A stretch of 64,000 bases of DNA from Candidatus Bathyarchaeota archaeon. Its GTDB lineage: Archaea; Thermoproteota; Bathyarchaeia; Bathyarchaeales; Bathycorpusculaceae. Of the stretch, positions 8,652 through 19,108 are shown in pieces. Location of the stretch: the NCBI GenBank assembly GCA_963832745.1, contig CAWHVC010000003.1:320001-384000 (forward strand), read 5' to 3'. The translations under genes were made by a program, and so were the position numbers. The notes beneath the pieces are model-generated. The model ran no database searches. It was not told where the DNA came from and saw only the letters and a program-made list of their open reading frames with translations. Each line of letters opens with the position of its first letter. Position 1 is the first letter of the stretch.

Positions 8652-11152
8652 ATGAGAGGAAAAAATTTTAGAAAAAATCGAAAATTATTCGTCATATCAA
8701 CTATTATAGTTTGTATCCTACTGCTTGCTACTTCCGTGAATGGCGAATCACTTAAAACCATACCGATTAGTAATACGACATCTACCAAGACTGAAACAAA
8801 TCAAACGTCTACAACTGAATATTATAACCAAACATACTCAGCTAATTCAGATTTCCAGCAACAGACAACTTCAGTACTGAAAAACGATGCTAACCTAAAT
8901 CTCTCATCGTATAATACTCAGTTTGGCGGCCAAGAAACAAGCACTTATCAGGGCTTCTCCCGAACCACAGTCACTTACCTTCTGTCATCCCCTAACCATG
9001 ACAGCAGTTTACGGGTAGCGTGTTCTTTTATTGGTGATGAACTTCAAAAACTCTACATAAGCGACATAGACGGGGCATTATGTCTTAACAAAGAAAGTTC
9101 AAATTAACTTGAGAAGACGAAGAGTTTCTTACAAAACTATGCGAGTCTCACTGGAAATCCGTTCTATAGCAAGTTATACCCCATCCTAAGTGATATAAAA
9201 ATGACAGAAAACACAACAAAGATATCCGGAAATGTTATGCTCAAAGTTACAGTTATTGACGGGTCATATGTGGATTTCACGTGGAAGTACGTAGATGGCA
9301 ATGTCGTACCTGCGCAGTCCAAAGACATAGTATTAACTTACCGCAATGGGAATCTGGAATGTTTTCTTGACAACTGGAATCTTTATAAAATCAGCGGCAA
9401 TATAGAGGTGTCAAAAGAAAAAGCCATAGAAATCGCTCTCTCGGCAATCCAAAGCTACGAATATGAAGCATCCACCAGCGATGGCAACGTTACGGTATCT
9501 AACTTTAATGTTGTTTCAGTTGGAGATTCATCATTAAGTTACCTTAACGAAGAAAAAAGCACTCAAACTAGAGATAGCGCTTCCACGTTGTATCCTTCTT
9601 GGTATATTCCTCTTGGCTTTGATAAAATATATGCAGGCGGCGTTACAGGCGCTGTTATCAGGGTTTGGGCAGACACTGGCGAAGTGAGTTCAATCAACCT
9701 AATGTTATGTAGTTTAGATAACGAAACAAATGTCACGCCTGATGTTGATAAAAATAATGCCGCTGTTTCCGGAGCGCTTAATCTTGGTTGGGTATCAAAC
9801 GTTGTTTTGGTTACGTTAGTTGTTGGCTGTGCAGGAAGCTACTTTACATATATTTTGCTTTTTAAGCGGTCGCATTTTAAGCTCAAAGCTGTTTTTCTTT
9901 GCGGACTGATTGCGTTTAGTTTTATGTTTGTAATTCCAACAGTTAATGCTTATACAAGTAAAGCTGAAGTTTCTGCTTCATATTGGGGGCAACCAACTCA
10001 AGAGCAAACATGCGCTGCAACTCTCACAAGCGAGAGATAGCGACTTATTTTAATTCTGTAGGGTATGCTACCTCCACTTATACTGGCAGTAGCTGTAGTA
10101 GTAGCACAGTATATGCGAATATACAATCAGATGAACAAAACTACAATAGAGTAGCCATATTCCATTTCGGACACATGGCTGGCGCTGGATATTACCATGC
10201 GCTCCCAGATAATGATGCAGACATTGTAAGTTACTCAACTGTGAATAGCCTTACAAATGGATATCCTAACAAACACTTTTTTGTGTGTACATGGGTATGT
10301 TACAGTGCAGATGATACTAGCTTCTCCCCCAATGTAAATGCCGCAGCCCAAGCTTGGACTCAACATAGCAATCTGGCATCTGACGGTTATAACTATCCTG
10401 ACACCAGTGGTGACTGCTTTATAGGTTTTGATCTGATGTCGCCTGGTTTAGAATGGAGCATTTACAAGGATTCGACTGTCACAGGTCAAACATTCATTGA
10501 ATACTTTTATGCATACGCTACTGCCGGTTATACCGTTCGCAATGCGTTAAATCAGGCCTCATTAGACCTATTTGGCACATCATTTACTCTAACGCCACTC
10601 GTAGACACATTTGAATCATGGTTCCCCGGCGGCACTTTCAATGGTGTAACATTTGAAGCAAAGTACTATAATTGTACAATGAAAATCTATGGAGACTCAA
10701 ACATTTACTTGACTCAATACTATGCTAACACTTACATCTCGAAGACAGCCTATAACAATGGCGCAGCTAATAATCCAACATATATGTTAGGAAGCACGCC
10801 AGACGGATTATATACACAGCTTTACGGTGGAGACAGGTATGATGGCGGTATGGTAGTGTCTAAAGTCGCTACGGACTATTCAGGTTCTGGAAGCGGCTAT
10901 GCTTATGGGCACATCTATTTGCAGGGTTATTCAGTAAGCGGCTATTATAGCCATCTGTATGTCTATGTGTCTCAAATGAATAATAATGATTGGCAACTAG
11001 TAAATAGTTTCACTGTGTATCCTTCACCATATTCAGTTTGGATTGACGTAGGTAACGCTCCATATGGATTCAAGTATATTGCAGTGGCAGGATATGATGA
11101 CGCAGGCCTAAGCGCAAACTTGATGATAGATTGTGTGCGAGTAATACCCTAA
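8652..11152 (+). pseudogene. Large secreted/membrane protein (~832 aa if repaired) broken by an in-frame TAA (9105-9107) and a 2-nt frameshift (~10032-10037); C-terminal part clan-CD peptidase-like
   Basis: ORFs 8652..9107 and 9201..10040 share a frame with 31 open codons between them; removing one GA from gcgagagata joins 9983..11152 (LTSEIATYF). Confidence 0.7.
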
Positions 11153-11337
11153 ACTTACCTTTCCTTTTCTTTTTTTTAACGATGCTAGATTTTAATATTA
11201 ACCTTCGACTCTTTAGGAGATGTAACCCCGTATTTTCACAAGCAGAACAGAAGAAACATGCCTCTACCTAACTCGTTGAAAACCTTTAAGCTAATGTTAT
11301 GTTGAGCTAACAATCATTTCAAAGAAGAGAAAAGGGT

Positions 11338-12421
11338 CTACTGTAGAATCAAATGCCTGTTTTGGTGACGTACTTCGACGACTTTTTCTTTGTCGGTGAT
11401 TTGGCCGATAACATCCGTGTCTGTGCCATCCTGCTCAAGAATATTCATAGATTTGTCAAGTTCTGACTTGTCAACAACGATTCCAAAGCCCCAGCCCATG
11501 TTGAAAGTTTTGAACATTTCCTCATCCGAGATTGTGTAGCCTAATTCGGCGGCGGTTTTCTGGATTAAGCCAAAGATTGGTTGTGGATGGAAATGGTTGA
11601 ACAAAAAACCGATGCCGGGTGAAGCGCGAGCTAGGTTGTTGAATTTGGTGTAAGCGTCGCCTGTAATGTGGACTGCCGCCTTAACTTTAACCTCTGAAGC
11701 GAGTTTGAGGAGGGGTTTAACGTAGATTTTGGTTGGCTCCAAGCGCTTCCAAGCCAACTTCACGGTTTAAACCTTCAGGGACGTCGGTTGCCTCGAACTT
11801 TCCGCCCCATTGCTTGAAAAGGATTTTACGGGCCAATGTGATACCGTTGCTGTGCAAGCCACTGCTGGCAAGCCCGATGATGGGGTCGCCGGGCTTAATG
11901 TTCTCGCCAGTGATTATGTTTTGTTTATCAACGGTGCCGACGGATGCAACAACCATATCAAAGCCTGCGTTCAGGTTTATGCCTTTGATTATTTCTGCTA
12001 CGTCGCCGATTTCGCCGCCTGTAACTGGGCAGCCTGATTGGATTGCGCCTTTTGCAACTCCGGTCAGCCAGTCTTTTACGAGGTCGGGGTTGCTTTCTTG
12101 TGCGTGGATGTTGTCGGCGATGGCGAGGGGTTTTGCTCCTGAACGGATAACATCGTTTGTTGCCATAGCGACCGCGTCTACGCCTATGGTGTCGTACTTT
12201 TTCATTAATTCTGCGATTAAGACTTTGGTGCCTACGCCTTCAACGACGAGGTCAAGGTATCGGTCTTGTCCAGCTGGAAAAATGTTGCCGTAAGGCAGTT
12301 TAAGGACAGAGCCAAAACTGCTTTGTTTGTAGGTTTCTTGTAGGATGCTGAGTTGTTTTTTTGATTCTACTCTTTGTTTACGGTTTACTCCTGCGTCGTC
12401 GTAAGTGTAATTTTGTGGCAT
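11338..12421 (-). CDS. purM: AIR synthase (phosphoribosylformylglycinamidine cyclo-ligase), split by a single-base frameshift near 11740
   Basis: YDDAGV, EGVGTK, GGEIG and SSGLHSNG in 11717..12421; EPTKIYV, HITG and TFNMG in 11338..11763; one extra base in gcgcttggagcca. Confidence 0.92.
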
Positions 12422-12503
12422 AACCGCTCTTTTCTCCAGTAACGTATTGATGTGTGACTTTGTTAGAGATAACGATTTTGCTTGTTATCCTGTTTAAGTC
12501 TCG

Positions 12504-12878
12504 TTACAGTGCCTGCTGGGTTTGAAAACTGATTTTTTCTTTTAAAGTGGCAAGCAGTTTCTCAGGCGTGACTGGCTTAATAAGACAGGCGTCTGCCTCG
12601 TTTTTGATTGCCTTCATTGGAAAACCCGTAATTATAATTTTTATCATTTTGCCGTTTAACTGCTGAAGACTACTTGTAAGGCTGACGCCGTTTGAATCAG
12701 GAAGACAAACATCGATAAGGGCTGCTGAGTAAGATTGTTTTGTTGCTTTCTCTATTGCTTCTTTTCCAGTTCCGGCAGTGTCAGTCACGTAACCGTTCTT
12801 TTCGAGTATACGTGAAAAGACCCTTGAAATGCTTGCGTCATCATCGATAATGAGTATTGCTTTTTTGGGCAAATCCAA
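12504..12878 (-). CDS. Single-domain response regulator receiver (CheY-like)
   Basis: IIDDD, ALIDVCLPD phospho-Asp, ITG, IKP. Confidence 0.9.
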   Translation of the reverse strand: MDLPKKAILIIDDDASISRVFSRILEKNGYVTDTAGTGKEAIEKATKQSYSAALIDVCLPDSNGVSLTSSLQQLNGKMIKIIITGFPMKAIKNEADACLIKPVTPEKLLATLKEKISFQTQQAL

Positions 12879-13068
12879 CTCTTTTCTCCTTTCCCTGCCT
12901 GCAAAGAGCTAACTTGTTGCTGCAAGCATCAACAGGTCAGGTTTTTATGTATTAAGGTTTTATCTACAAAACAGAATACTGCTTTTGCCACCTTGGCGTT
13001 GTTTGGATGAATAGATAAAAACGGTTATATTGGGCTTGGCTTAACAATTTTTGAGTTTAACGATTTGC

Positions 13069-13144
13069 GCGGTTGTAGTCTAGTTCGGTAGGACCTCAGC
13101 TTCCCAAGCTGAATACTCGGGTTCAAATCCCGGCAACCGCACCA
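13069..13144 (+). tRNA. tRNA-Gly(CCC), intronless, CCA encoded
   Basis: Acceptor stem GCGGTTG/CAACCGC then ACCA; anticodon arm TCAGC-TTCCCAA-GCTGA; T-loop GGTTCAAATCC. Confidence 0.96.
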
Positions 13145-13295
13145 ATATTGTGAATTAACAGTGCAAATTTTTATTTTAAAATGGCCAAACAAGTTGGTTT
13201 TGAGAACAGGCAGGATAAAGTTTTTGTTTCCAAAACGATTCAATAGGCACTGATTAGTTTGCCAGTCCCCAAATATCACGTCTATATAGAATACG

Positions 13296-14081
13296 TTGAA
13301 CCTGACAAGTCAGGGTGTCCGCTTCAACATTGGTCAAGAGGAGTTAAACCGCACTTTTGTGGAACCTTTCAACGCGGGTCAGCCTTTCTGGTTCATGGGC
13401 AGACTGTTAAACCCAATAAAAGTCAATAAGGCAGTAGTGTTCTGGTCTTATGAAACAGCTGACAAACTAAAACTGACCAACGGAGAAAACCTCGTAGTAA
13501 CCAAAGATAAACAATACTTGATTGATTGTGTTCAGAAATGCAAAGCCAAAGGTGCTTACGTCTGCACTGAAAAGTTTCTGCCCCAAACTAACAGCAAAGC
13601 ACAAAATCAAACTGCAAACCAAGTTAAACGTAGAGTTTTTGTTATCTCAGGCGCTGACAAGGAAATGAAACAAGCTGTATCTAAGGCTTTGACTAAGCTT
13701 GGGCTGGTACCCATAGTTTCATGCGAGGACACAGGTCATAGCAGAAAAATAATTGAACAATACAAAGACTATGATGACGTGAATTTTGCAGTTGTTTTAT
13801 TGTCACCTGATGATTATGCATACGCAAAAACCGATGAACCCACCAAACGCCGGCTTAGGCCTAAACAGGAAACAGTTTTTGAGCTTGGGTTTACGCTGGG
13901 AAAACTGAGCAAAGATAAAGTGCTTGTGTTATTTAGAGAAGCAACTGACATTGAGATGCCCAACAGTTTTGCAAGCTTAAACGTTACGGCTTTTGATGAC
14001 CGCGATAGCTGGAAACTTTCACTCATACGTGAACTAACCAAAAACGGATACATTGTGGATGTTGATAATATTCTGAAATAG
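13296..14081 (+). CDS. TIR-like nucleotide-binding domain protein (CAP12/Pycsar-effector TIR family) with unknown N-terminal domain
   Basis: RRVFVISG...FAVVLLSPDD...RPKQETVFELGFTLGKL...EMPN, matching VFIVHGHD...TPDD...RQNVxFELG. Confidence 0.8.
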   Translation: MNLTSQGVRFNIGQEELNRTFVEPFNAGQPFWFMGRLLNPIKVNKAVVFWSYETADKLKLTNGENLVVTKDKQYLIDCVQKCKAKGAYVCTEKFLPQTNSKAQNQTANQVKRRVFVISGADKEMKQAVSKALTKLGLVPIVSCEDTGHSRKIIEQYKDYDDVNFAVVLLSPDDYAYAKTDEPTKRRLRPKQETVFELGFTLGKLSKDKVLVLFREATDIEMPNSFASLNVTAFDDRDSWKLSLIRELTKNGYIVDVDNILK

Positions 14082-14137
14082 TTGCTCAGGGCAAAATCTG
14101 TTGGGGGAAAGAAAAAAGAGACGCCCTCAATACTATT

Positions 14138-14377
14138 TTGAAAGGGTGCAGAATCATGTTTGGCGCTTCAATTCTGGTTCCAGTTCCAACAACTCAAAAC
14201 AATGTAACATGCCCAACGTGCGGCATACAAGTCCCCGCCAGCTATAATTACTGCTATAACTGCGGCACAAATTTGCGCCAACCTGTTGTGCTTAAAATCT
14301 GCCCAAAATGCAAAAGCAGAATCGCCGTTTCAGCAAAGTTCTGCCCTGAATGCGGAACAAAACAACAACAAAGTTAG
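14138..14377 (+). CDS. Double zinc-ribbon protein
   Basis: CPTC, CYNC, CPKC, CPEC. Confidence 0.8.
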   Translation: MKGCRIMFGASILVPVPTTQNNVTCPTCGIQVPASYNYCYNCGTNLRQPVVLKICPKCKSRIAVSAKFCPECGTKQQQS

Positions 14378-14577
14378 AGTTCGTTTTCTTCTCCCGTTAT
14401 GTGTTTGACAGCCCAGCCTTTTGGTGTTAAGATTTGGATACCTTTTTGGTGTTTGTAAACGGTTATTTGTGCATAAATTTCGTCCATACTGTTAAGGCCT
14501 TTGCTATTGTCTGACGCAACAAAGATTGTCTGGACATCTTTATCAGCACTTTTGCTGCTCATATGGTAAACCTTCAT
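14374..14577 (-). CDS. Hypothetical protein
   Basis: 67-aa ORF with GGTGA RBS-like sequence upstream. Confidence 0.5.
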   Translation of the reverse strand: MKVYHMSSKSADKDVQTIFVASDNSKGLNSMDEIYAQITVYKHQKGIQILTPKGWAVKHITGEENEL

Positions 14578-14693
14578 TTTAATTCACCTAAGGGCAATTT
14601 GATGTAAAAGGTGCTTGTTTAGGTTTCTGGCAAAACTTTGAATTAAGCTAAGAATTTAGGGTCCCAAAACCTTATAGTAAGTGAGGAAGGCAG

Positions 14694-15407
14694 ATGAGTG
14701 AAGTTTTAAAAAACATTAAAACCCGCCAATCCAGCCGAGTGCCCTTCAACTCAGACAAGCCAGTATCAAAAGAAGTCGTAAAACAGATTTTGGAAGCAGC
14801 AAAATGGACGCCCACCGCACATAACATGCAAAACTTCGAAATTATAGTAATCGATGACAAGACGACTTTGGAAAAAATTGGCAATCTAAAAATGTGCATC
14901 ACTGAAGAATGCCTCAAAGAAAACTATCAACAACTATCATTTTCCCAAGAAGAACTGCAGAGAAAGAAAACTGGCATTTTAGCAGCGATGTTTCCGCCTG
15001 CATGGGTTAACCCACAGAAGATGACGCAAGTTGCCCAATCAGTAGCGTCTACCCCTGTTACCCAAAGCATTCGTGGCAGTCCACTATTGTTAATTGTACT
15101 TTACGATAGCCGAAAAAGGGCGCCTGCGTCTGAGGGTGACGTTTTGGGTTTTGTAAGTTTAGGCTGTCTATTGGAGAACATTTGGCTTATGACGAATTCT
15201 TTGGGTATTAGCCTTCAGGTTATTAGCACGTTTGCCACAGAACCTCTTGAGACAGAACTGAAAAAGCTTCTAGGTGTTCCTGAGCACCTAAAAATAGCGT
15301 TTGGGCTACGTTTAGGTTACCCTACTTCTGCAACGGCTTATCCGCGGGTTCGGCGAGACATAGAAGACTTTACCCACAGTAACCAATATGGTAACAAGCA
15401 AGCATAA
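14694..15407 (+). CDS. Nitroreductase family protein
   Basis: IKTRQSSR, EAAKWTPTAHNMQ, ENIWL, LGYP. Confidence 0.88.
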   Translation: MSEVLKNIKTRQSSRVPFNSDKPVSKEVVKQILEAAKWTPTAHNMQNFEIIVIDDKTTLEKIGNLKMCITEECLKENYQQLSFSQEELQRKKTGILAAMFPPAWVNPQKMTQVAQSVASTPVTQSIRGSPLLLIVLYDSRKRAPASEGDVLGFVSLGCLLENIWLMTNSLGISLQVISTFATEPLETELKKLLGVPEHLKIAFGLRLGYPTSATAYPRVRRDIEDFTHSNQYGNKQA

Positions 15408-15418
15408 CACCGTCTTTT

Positions 15419-16342
15419 TTATGCTTCAATTTTTCTATTGATATTTTTTCTTTTGTAAAACAAAGTTGCTGCCGTAATAGTCAGCATTAATGTGGATAAT
15501 GTTAGAAGTGTGGGAAACTCGGCGACAGTGGGAGTTGTAGTTGATACGTTAGTATCGGTTGGTTGAGAATTTGCTGAAGCATCAAGATAAAGTGTATGTA
15601 GAACGTCGGCTACAGCGTTAACTGCCAGATTCAACGATTCTTCACATCTGCCACTAAAGGTTGGATTATTCCAGTCATAATTGGTATCCATCCAAGTGCA
15701 GCTTAAACTGTTGTTTCCGCCAAAAGTTGTGTCGTAGGCAATGTTCAGGGCTGAATTGTAAGCTGACACGTTGGCGAGTTCACCGTCAAACTTCAAATAT
15801 ACATTCAGGCTTGATTCATAAGCGCCTGTTTGGCTGTTAACATGGTTTTCGTAGTCATTATGATGGACTTCGGTGCCCCAAGCGGTTTTCGAACCCATCA
15901 AGTGACCAAAAACTCCCATGTCAGCAACGTAATGTGTTAGTGCACCTGCGTCTTTAGCGGCGTCTATGTAGTCGCCGTTCTTTAGAAACGTTAATGCTTT
16001 TTGGTATTCCTCGCTTGCTCTTTTTGCTGATGCATCATCCTGAAGAGTCCCATTACTATAGTAGTAAATGTGGTGTTTTGTAGTGTCGCCTATTCCGCCT
16101 TGGCTTGCTGGAAGATCAGGAAGTTCGGTGCCGTAAAGATAGACTTCAAGGTTGCTTGCAATGTATTGTTTTTCGTTGTCTGGCAAAAAGTCAAGGGCAT
16201 GCTGGGCAATCCAGTCGTGAGTTCCATAATCGGGTTGCGTGGGGTCTGCTGAGTAACCTCCGTTACTCCACCCCATTACATAAGGAACGGCAGACAACAA
16301 AACAAATACGCATACAAACGGCAGAATCAATTTTAGTTTCAT
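15419..16342 (-). CDS. Secreted zinc-dependent phospholipase C / S1-P1-like hydrolase with PEF-like C-terminal anchor
   Basis: Mature N-terminal W (GWSNGG), THDWIA, HYVADMG..GH, HNDYE; C-terminal AEFP + TM + KRK. Confidence 0.8.
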   Translation of the reverse strand: MKLKLILPFVCVFVLLSAVPYVMGWSNGGYSADPTQPDYGTHDWIAQHALDFLPDNEKQYIASNLEVYLYGTELPDLPASQGGIGDTTKHHIYYYSNGTLQDDASAKRASEEYQKALTFLKNGDYIDAAKDAGALTHYVADMGVFGHLMGSKTAWGTEVHHNDYENHVNSQTGAYESSLNVYLKFDGELANVSAYNSALNIAYDTTFGGNNSLSCTWMDTNYDWNNPTFSGRCEESLNLAVNAVADVLHTLYLDASANSQPTDTNVSTTTPTVAEFPTLLTLSTLMLTITAATLFYKRKNINRKIEA

Positions 16343-16432
16343 TTTAGGGCTCCAATACTTTGTTTTAGCAAGTCAGCCTTTAAAAGGCTTCTAAAATCTA
16401 ATAAGGACAAACAGCCGAGTTACCAGTAACAG

Positions 16433-16750
16433 GTGAAGGCTATGGAGTTAACAGACTTAGTTTCAGGGTTACTGATGATTATTGTGCCCATTTTGATTCT
16501 TAGTGCAGGTCTCGGGTTTTCCCATTTTATGCCCTCAAAAAAACGAGTAGTTGGCATTATTCTAGTGGCTGTTGGAGTAGTTGGCACAGCAGTTTTTGGT
16601 ATCGGTTTCATCGTCGTTTTATCACGCGAAAGTTTAGCGGGCAGTATTGGTCTAGGTTTAATGACCGCTGTTGAACTTGCAACGTTAGCTGTCGGCATTA
16701 TTAATTTACGCAAAAAAGCATCTAAAGACATTCCTTTGTCAACTGCTTGA
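16433..16750 (+). CDS. Small membrane protein (about 3 TM)
   Basis: Three hydrophobic segments; likely start ATG 16442 after GGTGA. Confidence 0.6.
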   Translation: MKAMELTDLVSGLLMIIVPILILSAGLGFSHFMPSKKRVVGIILVAVGVVGTAVFGIGFIVVLSRESLAGSIGLGLMTAVELATLAVGIINLRKKASKDIPLSTA

Positions 16751-16861
16751 ATGAAATATGGCATCAATTTGCAGACTGATACATAAGTAACAACTCTTTT
16801 TTCTCTTAAATTAGCAATCTGTTTTTTAATCACAAAGCATTTTATTTTATTAGGGATTAAC

Positions 16862-17224
16862 TTGACGATTTTTCTTGTCAGAACATACACTATTAAACCA
16901 GACAAACTGAAAGATCATAATTCTTGGGGTAAAAAACTGGTTGCCTTAATGAAGAAAAACCCGAGCCTGTTTAAGGGTGTTAAATCAATGAAAGTGTTAA
17001 GCCATAAGAAAGGCGACTGCGTCGGCGAATTTATGGCCATGTGGGGCTTTGAAAACTTAGACGCCGTTAAAGGATGGGAAACAGGCTTTAGCGAAATTCC
17101 TGAAGAGAAAGCGTTAAGAACCGAATTTATGGAACTAATTGTGCCAGGGTCATTTTCAGCTTGCATTTGGGAACCGATCAAAACTTTAAACCGTAAAATT
17201 AAACCCAAACGCACCAAAAAATAG
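16862..17224 (+). CDS. NIPSNAP-like / dimeric alpha-beta barrel protein
   Basis: VRTYTIKPDK start and MWGFENLD pattern. Confidence 0.55.
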   Translation: MTIFLVRTYTIKPDKLKDHNSWGKKLVALMKKNPSLFKGVKSMKVLSHKKGDCVGEFMAMWGFENLDAVKGWETGFSEIPEEKALRTEFMELIVPGSFSACIWEPIKTLNRKIKPKRTKK

Positions 17225-17321
17225 GATGCCACCTTTCAGCAAAAATAGAAGGCAATATTAAAAAAGATAAGCCCAAACGAAAGTAGGGTTTAAAAATTAA
17301 ATAAGAAAAGAAAAAGAAAGC

Positions 17322-18500
17322 TTATTCTTTCTTAGCTGCTTCTAAGGCTTTGCATAGAACTGCAGCTTTATCGCATTTTTCCCATGGGAACTCGACGTCA
17401 TCTCTGCCAAAGTGACCAAACGCCGCTGTTTTCTTATAGATTGGTCTTAGCAGGTTAAGATGATCAATGATTGCACGTGGTCTCATGTCAAAGTTTTTCA
17501 TGACAAGATCCATGATTTGTTCGTCTGGGAGTTTGCCTGTTCCAAAAGTGTTAACCAACACTGAGATTGGCTGTGCGACACCAATGGCGTAGCTGATTTG
17601 GACCTCGCATTGGTCTGCTAAGCCTGCTGCAACAACGTTTTTAGCGATGTAGCGTGCCATGTAGCAGCCGCTTCTGTCAACTTTGGATGGATCTTTGCCG
17701 CTGAAGCATCCACCGCCATGGCTTCCAACTCCTCCGTAAGTATCAACGATGATTTTTCGGCCTGTTAAACCGCTGTCAGCTAAGGTTCCGCCGATTACGA
17801 ATCTGCCTGTGCCGTTGATGACATATTTTATGTCTTCTGGAATCAGGTGAGCGGGGATTACGTGTTTAATTACTTTCTCGATTATTTGCTTCTTCAAAAC
17901 AGCGTCTTCAACTGAGCCATTATTTTGGGCAGCTATAACAACGGTTTTGATGCATTTTGGTTTACCATTGTCATATTCGACGGTGACTTGTGATTTGCAG
18001 TCTGGACGCAGATAAGGCATTTCACCGTTTTTACGCACTTCAGCTAACCGTTTGACAAGCCTGTGAGATAGCAATATTGGAAGCGGCATGAGTTCTTTTG
18101 TTTCATTTGAGGCATAACCGAAAACCATGCCTTGGTCTCCTGCGCCTTGCTCATGACCATTTGATTCGTTAACACCCATGGCAATGTCTGGTGACTGCTC
18201 AGTTAATGATACAAGAATGCCACATGTTTCCCAATCAAGACCGTCTTTGGCGTTATCAAAACCGATTTCTTTTAAAGTTTGACGAACGATTGTTGGGATG
18301 TTTATGTAGGCACAAGTAGTGATTTGACCTGTAATCATTACAGTTCCTTGCATGACAAGTGTTTCACAGTCAACTCTTGCTTTGGGATCTTTAGTTAGTA
18401 TTGCGTCTAAGACGCTGTCGGAAATTTGGTCTGCAACCTTATCTGGGTGACCTTCTCCGACAGATTCAGATGTGAACAAATATCTTCCATTTATTTTCAT
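17322..18500 (-). CDS. metK: S-adenosylmethionine synthetase, bacterial/eukaryotic type
   Basis: [52 protein letters not shown]. Confidence 0.97.
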   Translation of the reverse strand: MKINGRYLFTSESVGEGHPDKVADQISDSVLDAILTKDPKARVDCETLVMQGTVMITGQITTCAYINIPTIVRQTLKEIGFDNAKDGLDWETCGILVSLTEQSPDIAMGVNESNGHEQGAGDQGMVFGYASNETKELMPLPILLSHRLVKRLAEVRKNGEMPYLRPDCKSQVTVEYDNGKPKCIKTVVIAAQNNGSVEDAVLKKQIIEKVIKHVIPAHLIPEDIKYVINGTGRFVIGGTLADSGLTGRKIIVDTYGGVGSHGGGCFSGKDPSKVDRSGCYMARYIAKNVVAAGLADQCEVQISYAIGVAQPISVLVNTFGTGKLPDEQIMDLVMKNFDMRPRAIIDHLNLLRPIYKKTAAFGHFGRDDVEFPWEKCDKAAVLCKALEAAKKE

Positions 18501-18650
18501 CAGGAACCCTTCATCGCTTGGATTAAGTTGATAGTTAATCGGGTGTTTTTCTTAAAAGCCTTTCTACAATTATCGACCAAAAAGAATTCACATCCAAAAA
18601 CATGTTTTTAAGCAAAAAACAAACTTTTATTCTACAGGCTAAGTTAACCT

Positions 18651-19052
18651 TTGAAGGGCAACATTATGAAGAAAATAGTTCGAACAGATAATGCACCTAA
18701 ACCAGTTGGTCCATACAGCCAAGCAGTTAAGGCGGGCGGTTTTCTTTTTGTTTCTGGCCAGTTAGCCATTGACCCAAAACAAAATAAAATTGTTGCCATG
18801 GATATTGTTGGGCAGACAAGGCAGGTATTGGAAAATATTAAGGCGATACTACAGAAAGCAAATTTTGGCTTAAATGATGTTGTACAAACCAGTGTTTACT
18901 TGACTTCAATAGCGTTGTTTAATGAATTTAACATGGAGTACGCCAAATATTTTCCTGCGGACGCTCCAACACGCGTTACTGTAGCTGTTCAGTTACCCCT
19001 AAATGCTCTTGTTGAAATTTCTGCTGTAGCATATCAACATGTTCAAACCTAA
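18651..19052 (+). CDS. ridA: RidA/YjgF family enamine deaminase
   Basis: APKPVGPYSQAV, VSGQL, PTRVTV, LVEI. Confidence 0.9.
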   Translation: MKGNIMKKIVRTDNAPKPVGPYSQAVKAGGFLFVSGQLAIDPKQNKIVAMDIVGQTRQVLENIKAILQKANFGLNDVVQTSVYLTSIALFNEFNMEYAKYFPADAPTRVTVAVQLPLNALVEISAVAYQHVQT

Positions 19053-19108
19053 TTATTCAATAATTATAAAAACTTGAATTCATGAATAAAGGATACTAGT
19101 GGAAGATT

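Noticed and set aside
9105-9107. Stop-codon recoding (Pyl/Sec) in the island gene
   Set aside because: The codon is TAA, not TAG/TGA, and TAA terminates many normal genes here
7094-11289. AACCTTTAA at 7094-7102 and 11281-11289 as island target-site duplication
   Set aside because: Short AT-rich match; the left copy lies between purS and its own TATA-like box, which does not fit an insertion boundary
13025-13279. 84-aa minus-strand ORF
   Set aside because: Antisense to tRNA-Gly; shadow ORF
16420-16905. 161-aa minus-strand ORF and the many other short antisense ORFs in the track (e.g. 11733..12293, 32509..33045, 43883..44356)
   Set aside because: They overlap better-supported genes on the opposite strand and lack family motifs
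13145-17300. Integrated element at tRNA-Gly
   Set aside because: No integrase, and no duplicated tRNA 3' end was found by eye downstream
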